The notes under the pieces were generated by a model. It was not told where the DNA came from. It ran no database searches and saw only the letters and a program-made list of their open reading frames with translations. A stretch of 64,000 bases of DNA from Podarcis filfolensis (lineage: Eukaryota), in assembly GCA_964270895.1 (NCBI GenBank), contig OZ185435.1. The stretch is one strand, 5' to 3'. Numbering within the stretch: the first letter of the stretch is position 1; each line of letters opens with the position of its first letter. This document shows positions 1 through 13,089 of this stretch, piece by piece. The translations under genes and the position numbers were made by a program.

Positions 1-1869
1 ATTTTTTTGAAAGAGGGAAATTGCACATGGTACCTATCCATGGGTGGTGGCCTCTGCCATGAAGTCAGAATTGGCTAGTAGCCAGGAGTCTAATGGGGTC
101 ATGTGTGATCTCAGAAATGGGTCAGTGTGTTATTACAACGGCTTGTCAACCCTGAGGAGTACTCATCTTCAGCACTTTAAAACAGAGATATATACAGTAC
201 AGTATAATCAATATTTCTTTTTGTCTTACATCTTTAGTCGCAGGGTTTTACACCTCGACTCTTCAACCAGATTTCCTTCCTGGTCTAGCAATTTGAGCAA
301 GCCTCTGCTAGTGATTATTCAAACTCAAATGAGCAAATGGCAAAGAATTAACTACATACTCAGCTTCACTTCGCTTAAATGACTACATTACATGCAGACT
401 TCAGGGCCAAAGTTCAGGCCCCCACAGTCCCTGTACTTGGGTGGATAGCTGAGCAAAATAACACGCTACGCTCTCCACTCCCCAGATGATACTCTAAAGT
501 GAGGAGCAGTTGACTGTGGGCGGCAGAGGAAACTGCACTGTGCCTTATGAAGCAAATCACTGTGCAACCCAGGTTCCAGTAGCTCATCAACTTCCAGCTG
601 CAAATGGCAGGCTGCTGGAAGTTCAGCCAGTAAAGTGATACACAGCACTAGCCACTTGGTTGGTCAAAAAGGTTTTTCAAGAAAGCACAAGTGGAGTAGC
701 AGGCAGCAGCAGTGGAGGCAGGAGAGAGGAAATAAGAATGGCTCTGCTGACCAAAAGGTTTAAAATGTGGGGCAGCAGCAAGGGGGACACCATCATAGAA
801 GTGGAGCTAGGAGAAAGCAGTGGGCCAGGGCAACAGTGGTGGAGAAATGACCAGAGCAGCGTGGGCCCTGTCGCAGAGGACCCCTGGCTTGGTGCATTCT
901 CAAACCCTGAAGTGCCTCTGGTTTACACCCATACTCACACCCACCCACCCACCTATGTCCAGCCTTTCCCCCCTCTTTTCACAGACTGCCTTTCTAGCTA
1001 CCACAGGAGCCTGTAATAATAGAAGTCTCCTGCAGGAGCACTTGGCCTTTCTCCCATTAAAATATGTACCACCACACATCAGCTTATTGATTCAAGGAAA
1101 TAAATCTCTGCAGGAGCAAATATTGACTTTTGTTATGAAAATGGAAGTGAATAACTAACTGAACATTGATTTTGGAAAGGAATGAAAAAGGGCAGGTTTT
1201 TAATTTCTCCCCCCTTCCTAAGTGTTCTTTTAAAAAGGATAACATTTCAGTCGGGAAAAGAATAGCTTAGAAAGTAGTCAACTAAAGATGACAAATCTCT
1301 GCTTACACAGAAAAGGATGTTGTTGCCAAATGACTTAAAGGTTGGGTTCTGCATGGGGCGTATTGCAAATCTTCTGTTCCCTGACAATGACTGTGCTGTT
1401 GCTTTATTTCTGTTAAGTATTATACATCATAAACACAGTGCTTCTTGGCCAAGCTAAACATGGAGCCTCGAGACGTCTTGGGATTTGCAGGGGCCTGATA
1501 GAAGGCACAAGGGGATTTCCAGGAGATCAACCCACACTTGACTGTGAGGGCTGTTTAATATATAATATATAACATAGCTGTGACAAAACTCATGGTTGCC
1601 ACCAACTTCAGGGAACCAAACCTAATTCAGTCTCGCTAGAGAGTACTATGACGTATGATCTGTACTATGATGGCCCACTGGACCTGTAAAGCTGAAGACA
1701 GGGAAACCAAGTAGTAGGTGGAGCCAGAGCCCATGACTGGTTTTAAGAAAGAAAGAAAGCTGCTCGAGGGTACATGAAGGTTAATAGAGCAGTGGCCATT
1801 CACCCTAATGAGCCAGTTTCTTCTGCATCTATATAAGACATGCATCTTGCCAACACATGCTTATGTACA

Positions 1870-2093
1870 CAGTCGTACCTCTGGTTACGAACGCTTCTGG
1901 TTATGCACGCTTCGGGTTATGAGCTCCGCTAACCCAGAAGTAGTTGCTCCTGGTTGCAAACTTTGCCCCAGGATGCGAGCGGAAGTCGTGTGCCAGAGGC
2001 ACCATTAGCAAAAGCGTGCCTCAGGATAAGAACGGTTTCAGCTTAAGAACAGACCTCCGGAACGAATTATGTTCGTAACCAGAGGTACCACTG
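1870..2093. mobile_element. Tc1/mariner (Tigger/pogo-like) MITE, 224 bp
   Basis: Terminal inverted repeats CAGTCGTACCTCTGGTTACGAAC / GTTCGTAACCAGAGGTACCACTG (22/23 match). Flanked by CA on the left (likely a mutated TA) and TA on the right. CpG-rich interior. Confidence 0.85.
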
Positions 2094-4946
2094 TATACAG
2101 AAAACATTTTACAATGGCATCTTGAGTTTGGAACACTTAGAACTAATTCAAATTTTTGGTTGTTAAAATTAATAAATGATAAAGAGCATGAATTTGCCAA
2201 GTGCTGTACACACTGACGGTCCCTCCCCACAGGATAACGATTTAGAAGACATGTTGCAAAAAGGGATGTAGGGGTGGGAGCAGCAAACAAGCCCAAATTA
2301 TCAAAGCTACATGGCAGTTCTTAATAATGATCAGCTTGGATGGAAACAGTTCAGGGAGGGAAAGAGCCAAATGATAGCTGATTGCTCAAAGAATCCAGCA
2401 AGGTTGGGGCACGGTTCCATCTTGCCTTCTGCAGGAACAGAATTGATTTCATCACTAGATAATCCTTATGCAAAATGCCTCCACTAAAATTCATTCTCTA
2501 CTGATGTGAGTGATATGAAAGTTCTGACCTGGTGTCATCATTTGAAACCATAAATAGGAAAACATTCTTAGATAGAAAAAAAACCTTCCTCTGAAATACT
2601 GCAGGAAAAGAAAAAGTTCACAGATATGGAATATCAAAGAAAACAAGCTACTGAAAGTCTAGCCTTTTGCTCTTCTTTTAAATTAAACCTTACTGGGTTT
2701 TAGAGCAGTTATTTTGGAGCCCTGTTCATTTTCTCTGTAGTGAACTGCAGAGCAACCAGTCCACAAAGACACTTGTGTAAACTTTACAAAAGAATTGTTA
2801 AAAAAAGAAGTAGCTGCAAAGAAATTATCTAGCACTTGCATTCCTGTGCTGTGCTACAGCCTCTGTAAATTATCCATTAAGGACATTAGCAGACCACAAG
2901 AAGTACTTCAGCAGAATTGGATTGTGTATGATTGAAGGAGGAGTCCAAAATTATCAATCTCTACCACCTTGAAAAGTCAAGAGGGGGAAAAACAAAGCTG
3001 TTTTTCCTGTGTGCCTGGCCTTGAGGAACCCCCACCAAACTCAATATTCTCAATTTGAACTTTGGTTCCACCTCATTAAATTTTATACCACGGCACTTTA
3101 GCTGTTAACTACCACTGGCTGAAATAAGGGTTCCATCCATCAATCATCGTCTCGAGGGCTAAAAGACCCTCTCTCAATCTTCAGCAGTTTTTGAACAATC
3201 AGACATTTTACCCAGCGGAAGGATTGAGCATGTGGAATTTCACCCATCTGTTTAGCAGCATTCTTTGATATTAAGCACACAGACATCCTGGCAGGGATCT
3301 CATTGGTTGATAATGACCCACATAATTCCCTCTCCCCAAGTTTGTGGTATTCACACACAAACACACATAGCAGCCATGGGGGGAATAGCATCTCATGTGT
3401 GGAAGGCTTTATTTCAAGGAATAAATGGTTTTGTTTATTTAGAAATTGCTTCAAGATGATGCATAGGAAAGGATTCCCTCATTCATTAATAAAGATGCAG
3501 TAGATGCATTGCTTAGCACTGATGGTGTGGGCAGGGGGAAGCTGGGTGCACACTAAAAGGGTCAGGACCTTATTCGTTTATTCATTCTACAGTATCTTAG
3601 TCAAGAAGCAGACCCACAAAGTAAATATCAGCCAATCAAAACATTCTTTAAAAAGTAAGACAGCCATGTTTCATTTTTTCAATATATCAATTAACACAAT
3701 CCGTTTTCTCCCTCTCTCTTCCCCTCCTCAGATAGTAAAGAGCCTTTCACAGGAGTCCAATCCATCCATCCACCCATCTATCCAAATGTTCTCTTTGGGT
3801 TCATAAACTTAACACTTGACTCCCCAGGCAGAAGAAATCATTTCCAGGTGCACCCGACCCACCATTATTTGTGTGAGGAGGTGTTGGCTCCGCAGCACAA
3901 CTAGGAAGCATGCCTTCTGAGGCACAGCCCGTAGACAGGGAGTTGCATCTTGGGAGCAGCATTTTCCCTCCTAAAGAACCTCATGAAAAGTAGGAGAGAA
4001 GTGAATTCACTGCAACTTGTTCTTTGCGTTTCTTGCTACTGAAGGGGTAAGCTGTGGTGTCCAGTTCCTTCTCTCAGCCTGTATGGCTGCAGTTACGAGT
4101 CCTGCTCCACTTCACCTCCTATCTCTGGTATTAAAATGCTATGTTTCTAATCTGCATTTAATATAAAGTCTTGGGGGAGGAAAGTGTACCTGCTAGAGTA
4201 CTTCCTCGCAACCTTTTTTTGTTCCTTTTAAACAATTCCTGCCCTTTTAAACAACTCTTTGCAAAGTTTACCTGAGTGGGGTTGCTTTGTTTTTTTACTG
4301 GCCTCAGTAAAACTTCTAGTTACGTGATCAACAAACAGAGTTGTTACTACCCTATAAGGTAGTAAAAGAATAGCTACAAACTAAAATTAGAGGGCTTAAT
4401 AGAAGGCGTATAAGCAGCTGCTCAGTCAGGATGGGGAGCATCCACAATCTTGATCAGGGGAATCTACAGTTATCTGAGCTCTAAAATGAACGCCTGGAGG
4501 CCTTTTACCTCTCTCTTGAAACTTAAGTTAGCAGGGCCACTTAATAAGGCACTGAATTATGTGCTAGAAGACAGGGGGGTTTTGGGTGGAGAGTGAGATT
4601 CCCCCCATCCTGAAGAGTTATCTGAGAAAGCCTGTACATGTTGAGCCAATTCTGCATCAAGCCATGGAAGGTCCACTGATTAATAAGGACAACCTGAAAA
4701 GCAGGTGGTCTCTTTCAGCAGCAGGGTCAGCTGCACTAACAGCAGGAAGCGAAGCTCCAGAGTTTCTCAGGTGTCGTATTTCCCTTCTTTGAATCTTGGC
4801 CTTTGAGTTTGAAATGAACTGTATGTCTCAAGTTGAGACTGAAGAGAGAGAGAAAAAGTAGTATATCATGGGAGAGTAACATGAACCAAACCACATTTAT
4901 TTAAGCAACAAATTAGGAGAAATGAGTGGAATTTGTTAGCTTACTG

Positions 4947-5084
4947 CAGGGATGGGGAACCTATGGCCCTCCAGATGTTGCTGGATGATAACTCCCATCA
5001 TCCCTGACCACTGCATATTTTGGCTAGGGCTGATGGAAGTTGGAGCCCATCAACATCTGGAGGGCCACAGGTTATCCACCCCTG
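4947..5084. mobile_element. hAT-type MITE, 138 bp, with 8-bp target-site duplication
   Basis: Ends CAGGGATGGGGAACC...GGTTATCCACCCCTG, internal inverted arms ggccctccagatgttg / caacatctggagggcc, flanks GCTTACTG / GCTCACTG (7/8). Confidence 0.88.
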
Positions 5085-5256
5085 GCTCACTGCCTTCGCT
5101 TTAGATGATAGATTAATTCATTCAGTTGTTTTGTCACTGCTTTAAAGCACAAGCCCAGCATTTCACCATTTAAAAACCTGGATAAAAGTTGTTAGCAGAA
5201 AAGGATGGCTGTGATGTTCTACGTAACACCTTAGAAACAATCCAAAATGGGATTAC

Positions 5257-5327
5257 CTTTCGATCTTCTTTAAATAGTTCTGCAGCTGTTGTGAAATGGG
5301 GGATGGAGTTTTTACAGTGTGGGCACC
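5257..5327 (-). CDS. PDIA5: PDIA5 exon 15 (71 nt), third active site (W)CPHCKNSIPHFTTAAELFKEDRK
   Basis: tctacag|GGTGCCCACAC...CGAAAG|gtaatc. Confidence 0.97.
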
Positions 5328-8070
5328 CTGTAGATTAAGAGGAAAAACAACATTAATCATCAAATTAGTTTAGATATTCTTAGATATTCAGTCTAGCTGC
5401 ACATGGTGGCAAGTGAGGCTTTGGGAGTGTGCAGATCTGATTCCACTTGAGTGGGCATCACCACTGGGTCATGTGTTCATACACACATTATCTTACACTG
5501 GGGTGGAAGGATCATTGATAACAGCCCACACATTGCATATTTTCATGGTCTCAGCTTGCACATACCTGGAACTATGATTTCCACCCCACTACATGAAGGA
5601 TATTACCATTCAGCTAAATGTATGAAGCTGGCCCAAAACACAAAGCCACCAAGTGTGCAATTTCACATCATTTTAATTCACTGAAATATCCCAGGGTTAT
5701 TTCACCAGCATTGCCTAGTAGTACCAACCTATGAACTGTACATTACATTTGTTATAGAAGATGTGAGGGGTAAAGTGAGAAGTTTGGGAAATCTGGCACA
5801 TGCTTCCCCTTGGTGCTTGGGAAAGATGGTGATGCCTGTGCAATCTTCCTACCCACATTGCAATATCTTCTAGACTTGGAGGTGATTGCATTGTCCTATT
5901 GTACTTGCCCCACGTGCTGGAGTTTATGACCATCTGTTTCTAGCTTCTCTACAATCATCAACCTTTTGTTTTTGTCACAGCTATCTTGAATTTGGACAGT
6001 CAATCATACCACAGAACCAAAGGACACCACACAAGTACGTCAGATTCTATTTACAAAAAAATAAATAGAAACCTAAGGCTGGAAACAAAGAGGAAACCAC
6101 AGTCATTGCTTTTGAGTGAGAGAAATGTGAATAGAAAACCAAATAGTTCTTCTTTAAAAGAGGGCTGTGCCCTCTTCTTCACTCTCCTAATTCAAAGGCT
6201 TTGCATCACATTTATTCTAAGCAACTTTCACATAAGTAGACTACAGCAGTTGTCCCTCTTGCCAGTGCTTCTCCTTCCTTGACTAGGTTCCCTACAGCTT
6301 TCACTGCTACAGCTTCTCCTCCTTTGCTGCTCTAAAATCTCCCTGTTTCTATCAGTTAGACCTATACAAGTGCCATTGCATCCTTCTCCTGGCAGCCCTT
6401 GATCTCTGTGTACAGAAGGTGAAACGTCTGGTACATAAGGTACATAAACACCACTTCTATTTCATTTTGCTTCTATACACTCTCTAAAACTGGCTCAGGA
6501 GCCAAACGTCAATTAAGACCCACCTCTCTACAATGAAAGAACTTGCTGCCCAACTGAGTGCCTCCCCACCTTAACAGCAGCGGATTGTGAAATGTTGCTT
6601 TTACTGTTGTTAGCTGTGCAACATGCACATATAGGTGGCACTCTTCCCCTCTCGGTCAGCACAGAACAAAACAGGCCTGATCAGACAGAAACTGAACAGT
6701 AGACTATGCTTATGGAGACTAGTTTTACCTATTCGCAGATGGACAATGTGTGGCACAAAAAAGGCTTCTCGTCTTTTCAGAGAACGAGAAAGCCCTTCTC
6801 TTTGAACAGTAATTGTGCACTGAGGTGACACCCAGTAAGAGGCAGCACTATTTCAATTACTTCATTTCACTCTCCTTAATGGTTCTGCTAGGGCATTAAT
6901 ATACTAAAGAAGGTGAAACAAGCATGAATTGACAGAGCTCCTCTCAGAAGTCACATAATAAAGGAAAATGACAGCTGAAGCGAGTCTTTATCAATGCTTA
7001 CACATTGGAACCTAAACAGCAAAACCCCTGAATTCTTGAGCAGTAGGGCTGGGAAGCAGGCTAGACTGCCAGGAAGCTGCTTCACAGATTAGCCAAAGGG
7101 AAAAAGGCTCTTTTGCACATTAAAATATATAGCAGAAAATTGGATGCTCAACTGACAGAGCTATTCTATGAGCTCTGGTATGTAGACCTGAGGTGGCAGA
7201 ATTTGATACTTTATCACTTGCAGCCTGAAGTCAAGGACTGTGTTCCTGAATGCTCTTCCATGTAAAACACTCATGTCAGAGGAACCAGGGAGCATTCAAA
7301 AATACCAAAATTTTACCATCTCTAGATTTTCAGTACATATACCATTTGATCTGAAAAGGGATGTTTTCCTTGTTTGTATGAGGTGACATGCCACAAATTA
7401 AATTTATAGGCTCCTGGGCACAAAGGCTTAACCATAAGCTAGCTTTCATATGGCGAGAGGAACTATTATGCTAGTTCAGGCTACTAAATAATGCTTCAGA
7501 AATACTCATTTATAAATAATCTTCATAGGTTTTAACTGTTTAGACCTCATGGTGTATTATGAAGCAAAGCAAATTACAACCATGTTCACTAGAAGAATGA
7601 CATTTAAAGAAGCAACTTGCACATTATAATGCACAAAAATTCAACTGCTAGGTGTTTTGCTATTGTGAGATTTTCTGAACATTTTACTGAAAATCCGATC
7701 TGAAAATCCAATACCAATCAATGTGTAGAATTGCTTGATGATCCTACCATGTTTACCTGCTATGTGTTTCACGCTGTGCAATATTCTGACTCATCACAGA
7801 CATCTCCAAAAGATGACATTGATTCAAAATAACTATGAACAGAAGTTCAGACAACAGTAATTTGTTTCTGTTTTCCTAGTGACAGACAAACATTTTGCAG
7901 GAGCTGTCTCTATAATGTAGAATGAATGACTAAGGCTGGTGACAGACAATAGATTCTAGGAAAGACAAAGGAAGGATGCTAGATGCATTATTGTACTTGG
8001 TATGTACATGTACTTGAGCTGAGCCCAGTTTCGGCTGGGGAGGGCGGATATAAATATAAATTTTAAAACA

Positions 8071-8120
<50 letters not shown>

Positions 8121-11100
8121 CCCATAGAACAACTATTGCAGATTTTTGAGACTAAAGCATGTTTACCAGAGCTAAGAATAGAATAAATATACATACTTAT
8201 ACCATGCCACCTTCAACTTCTTGAAGTGGGAAAAAAAAATGTCTCCAGCCATTGTTTCATACACAACAGTCATCTTTTAACAGCCACTTCTGCAATGCTA
8301 CACCCCTTTCTTCCCCTCATTAAAATTGTGCTATTTTACTCAAGTGCAACAGGATCTATACCTTTAGCCAAAGGTATTTTTTTCCACTTTACCACATCAT
8401 CTAAAAGTGAAGTCAAAATGTCAACATATGAGTTTTTATGTACCACACAACTTCTACGCCCAATGGGGCGTTTTTACTGGGCTTTCAACGTCTCTCCAAA
8501 CAGAACAGATGTGAATCCTGTGTTGAATTCTCAAGGAATTAAGAAGTCATCAGAAAAAAAAGATATGGGAAGAAGCTCATTGAATGGAACAGTAGAACTT
8601 CATCTGCTACAACTTGCAAGGGTTGCCAAGTGCAGGAAACTGGATAAAACCCAATTCAGACTTTAATTCTATTTAAAACACAGGCAGGCTGAAAAAAGCA
8701 TTAGGGATTAAATTTTCACCATCCTCATTTTCTCCAGACCCATGTCACGCCCACTATCACATTTTTAATCTATTAATACATTTGCAAAGATTTTAATTTT
8801 CAAAAGAGAAATGCTCTGTAACAGGAGTGGACAGGCCATGCTTGTGGGACCTACCGGGGGGGGGGGGGGGAGAAGCTTGAACCCTGAGATTCACCAGTCA
8901 GAGCAAGGTGCAAAATACCATACAACCACTTGGCTAAGCACATGCTCAGCCCAGGAATTTGTGATCAGTTTCAGAACAAGCTCATAAATCCTTCCACACA
9001 AAAGTCTACTCCTGGTTTTCCCCAAGCCTTTCTTTCAGCAACCAGAGTGGAAGAGAAGAAGCCCTTTTGTGTTGCTACTGATAGGCAGAGAGTTGAAATC
9101 CCTTGTCAATCCATTACAAATCACTCAAGAGATCTACTAATAAACTCCAATCCAGCTTCTACTCTACAAGTAATGTGCCCAAGTACAGGGATGTCTTTAA
9201 AGATAGCTTGGAAGACTTCAGAACATGTATAATGCAGCTGTCCAGTTGCTTGTGGGATCAGGCAATCAGAGCCACCCTTTTTTGTTTAATTTAACATTTA
9301 TATATCTCTTTTTTGTAGTAAAACATAAACAGTTTACAAGAAATATTAAAATTATCAATGAAAACAGTTAAAATTAATAATTAAAATTAACAGTACAAGA
9401 AATGAAAACATGTAGAAAACTACATTTTTGGACAGAATTATAGACTACGTATGATAGAAAAATCTTAAATATAAACAAGGGAACATCTGGAGTGCCCATT
9501 TGGCTTGATATAAACATTGACATAAAGGAGGCCTGGATATTATGCAGACTTTCATGTAAGTTTCAAGGGCAGAGCCCTGTGTGGTACACTAGCAATGTTC
9601 ATGGCTGGTTCGCAGTAAGCACTAGACAACTGGATTTGATATAGCCAAGAGAGGCTCCCCTCATTTAAATGACAGGTTTAAAATTTACATGGAAGATGAT
9701 TAATTATAGGCTGAAGGACGAATTTAAGAAGTACAAATCTGGAGTAGGGGCTGTTTAAGATCAGTATATAAAAGCACAGATGGTTTGCATATTTTAAGAA
9801 GGCCAACAAAAAACGTCAAAAAGGAAGAGTACAGTACAAGGGTTTAAAAGGAGGCAAAAGGAAGTGCCTTTTGAAACCAAGAACACTCTCTGAACAGGAA
9901 GCAGATGGGAGTAAAAGAAACCTATGTTGTGCAAATTGCTAAGAAAGAAAAAATAGATAGGGAAGAATAAATAAGGAGGAGCATACTTCAAAAGATTAGT
10001 CTGCATACCAACAGGTTGCATACCCTACTTGCAGTGAGAAGATGGCATTCCACAGCTGAGATCCTCTTTTCCTGCTATAGTACAGCCTACAGCGCATGGC
10101 AGTTCTGTGGCTGCAGACAAATTGAACTACATTAAATGCACAAATGTATTTTTTCAAATAACAAGTCTACCCAAACAATGTTGTGAAGTCATCTCATTGA
10201 ACAATGCAGATGAAGCTTGCTTCTGCAAATGGACAGGGCCATGCTTTTGTTATCGTTCCCAAGTAGCGAAAGAATCACTGTTTGGTATGGCAGGAGAGCT
10301 ATAGCCAGCTGCTTCCCTAAACTCACCCCTCACACAACTGTAATTTATCTTGCCACAGTGTATCTCTCCCCCCCCCCCCAAGGTTTATTGCTGCATTCTA
10401 GAACACTGATGCACAAATATTACTCTGAAGCTTAGGACATGTTTGCATTTACTCTCTTGAAACAGTAATGTCAGCAGCAAAACACTTAATTTCCATACTG
10501 TCTGCACCACCACTGTAGAAGTGAAGTGTAGCTGTCCCTAACCTATAAAAGGATTTCTCACAAAGCTGCTTCCAGTCAGGTACAAACTCTACAAGAATGG
10601 AGGCGGATCCAGCAGCAATCCAGAGGTAAACTTCCTCTGTGAACACACTCACAGCTCCATGTTCCCCACATAGCTTTTAAAATTAAGTTTTTAGCACCAC
10701 TTTGCATAGGAGTCACTTACATGAACCATCCAACATGAATTCCAAAGGTAGATTGAGACACATTGATTCTGAGAACATAACAAGAACGCTGCTGGATCGG
10801 ATCAAAGGCTCAGCTACTCCAGCATTTTGTTCTCTCAGTTCCTAACCAGATGCCTTGGGAGTCATGGCCAACTGCAGGGCATTATCATCAGTCATCTGTA
10901 TATGCCTTCCTAGTGACTTACATAAATGAGGTTGTACTTGATGTTATATTAAAATGTTACAGAAATTTTCTTCTGAAAAAAAGAAGGCAGCTTTTTTCCT
11001 GGAAAAAGCCAAGCATGAGCATCAAAGAAGAGTCTGACTAATTCAGAGACAGTAAATCATTAAGCATCTACCTGCTAGTCTAAGTGTTTACAAGAACTAA

Positions 11101-13057
11101 TAGGTGCTTGAGCCAAAGAGCATTCATTTCACTGATTTTGTAATATATATGTGGCAGACATATACTTTGCTGGTAGACATTAAAAAATATTATGTATATT
11201 AGACATGTCTAACAGTAATATACATGTCTGCCACAAGGGAACAAGAATATCACAGCAAACAATAAATATATATTTTAAGGTTGAGAATCTACAACCTAGG
11301 AGATGCACTATTAAGGCTCTCTATATTCTATATTAATCAACTTTACCTCAAATATTTAAATAGAAAAAACCATTATTTTCATAAAAGAATATACATAAAT
11401 ATAGGAAAAAAAGAGCTTGCCAATTTTATGATTCTGCTTCCATAAAGCTGGTAGAGTTTTGGTGTTTTTTTTTAAAAAGAAAGTTCCCCATTTTAAATAT
11501 ATTTATTTTTCAATAATTGGACTTTGCAGTATTGGTGCATTTTCTAAAATCCCATTTGAATATTCTCCTGAGTCAAGCATGATTAGGGGGAAAAAACCAC
11601 TTCCCTGTACTCTATGGAGGAGGGACCTAAAAATTGTGTGGGACAGCATTCTGCCACCCAGCTTTGCTGCCAGTCTCCATTGCCCCTAGAGGAGGAGAGA
11701 CACTGGTGACAAAGCTCCGTGTAATACCTCCCCTCTTGCCAAGTCAGCGAAAGGGGATGTGCTTTGCTGCTGGGCAGGAAGGGTGTTTCAGGAAGGAAGC
11801 CCACCCCCACCCACAGCAGCCCGGCAGAGCCTCATGCTCCCTCCATCACGGGGGTGGCAGGGGGCATTTTGCTTCTGGTGCTGAAACATTTTGGGCTGCC
11901 CCCAGCTCTAAGGTTCTAGGTGGAACTAAATTCTGCTCCACAATGATGACATTAAAAGCAGGTATTGTGGAAGCAATATGCTTTTGTGAGCAAGCCTCAA
12001 ACCCCATATCATTTAGGGTGAGTCACTAGGGCTCTGTACTCACAACCATGAATCAGAATTTGTATCAATATGCTGAAACCTAACACTTTTAAAATCTAGT
12101 GGCCTGATAATTATCTGGCAGCAGGAACATGTTAATGGAGAAGTGAATCATTCAGGGGTAAATGGTGTCCCTCCATTGCTGAATCTAAACTGTCTGCCAA
12201 AGAGAGGCATTCATATATTTCAAAGCTGACGTAGGTGCATACTAAAGGTAATCTCCTTTTAGGTAATTAAATCACATGCAACATTTTAAGGTTATTAAAT
12301 ATTTAAAGCGAAAATCCTGTTGTACAAGAACTAAAAGGTTTTATGAGTGCAAAACCTGACAAATTTATCTTTTAGGTTTTAGTGTCACAGCTGCTTTCTA
12401 GCCACACTTCTTGCCTTGCTAGTGTGTTCAAGTCTATTAAACTGACTCATAACTTTTGGAGTAGGAGTAATGTTGAAACAAGTATTTTCAAGGGCAGCTC
12501 CCCAAGTACTAATTAATACATGTGAGCAAGAAGAACAAGGATTAAATAGTGACTGTACTAGCAGGAAATCATTTCACAGGTCCATCTGTAATGAAAGAAA
12601 AAGTGTACCAACTTTTACCAACCTCATGCTCTCCAGATGTGTTTGCTCCATTAAGGACAAACCAATTGTCACTGAAAGCAAATTCTGCCCCATCACCAAT
12701 ATCCAAAGAAACAAACTATAGGCAGAGGCATCTACAATTGACTCTGCCTTGGATGAGACAATGAGCAGGCACCCCAACTGCACGTGTCCCTACAGCTCCA
12801 CCAAACATATAGCTTTTTCCAGTGTGGTGTAGTGGTTAAGAGCGGTAGTCTCGTAATCTGAGGAACTGGGTTCGTGTCTCCGCTCCTCCACATGCAGCTG
12901 CTGGGAGACCTTGGGCTAGTTACACTTCTTTGAAGTCTCTCAGCCCCACCCACCTCACAGGGTGTTTGTTGTGGGGGAGGAAGGGAAAGGAGAATGTTAG
13001 CTGCTTTGAGACTCCTTCGGGTAGTGATAAAGCGGGATATCAAATCCAAACAACTCT

Positions 13058-13089
<32 letters not shown>

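Noticed and set aside
230-307. Possible extra 78-nt minus-strand exon (ctag|CAG...GAT|gtaaga; one frame reads RGLLKLLDQEGNLVEESRCKTLRLK)
   Set aside because: Poor pyrimidine tract. In the phase-0 frame required after exon 15 it hits TGA. No similarity to PDIA5 exon 16 or to SEC22A as I recall them.
660-1016. 118-aa Gly/Ser-rich ORF
   Set aside because: Purine-rich low-complexity sequence antisense within a PDIA5 intron, with no motif support.
8226-8666. 146-aa ORF (+)
   Set aside because: GTG start, no recognisable domain, length within chance expectation for 64 kb.
12821-12895. tRNA-like sequences (also about 24836, 27951, 49170, 53270)
   Set aside because: They are SINE heads continuing into SINE bodies, with no complete cloverleaf.
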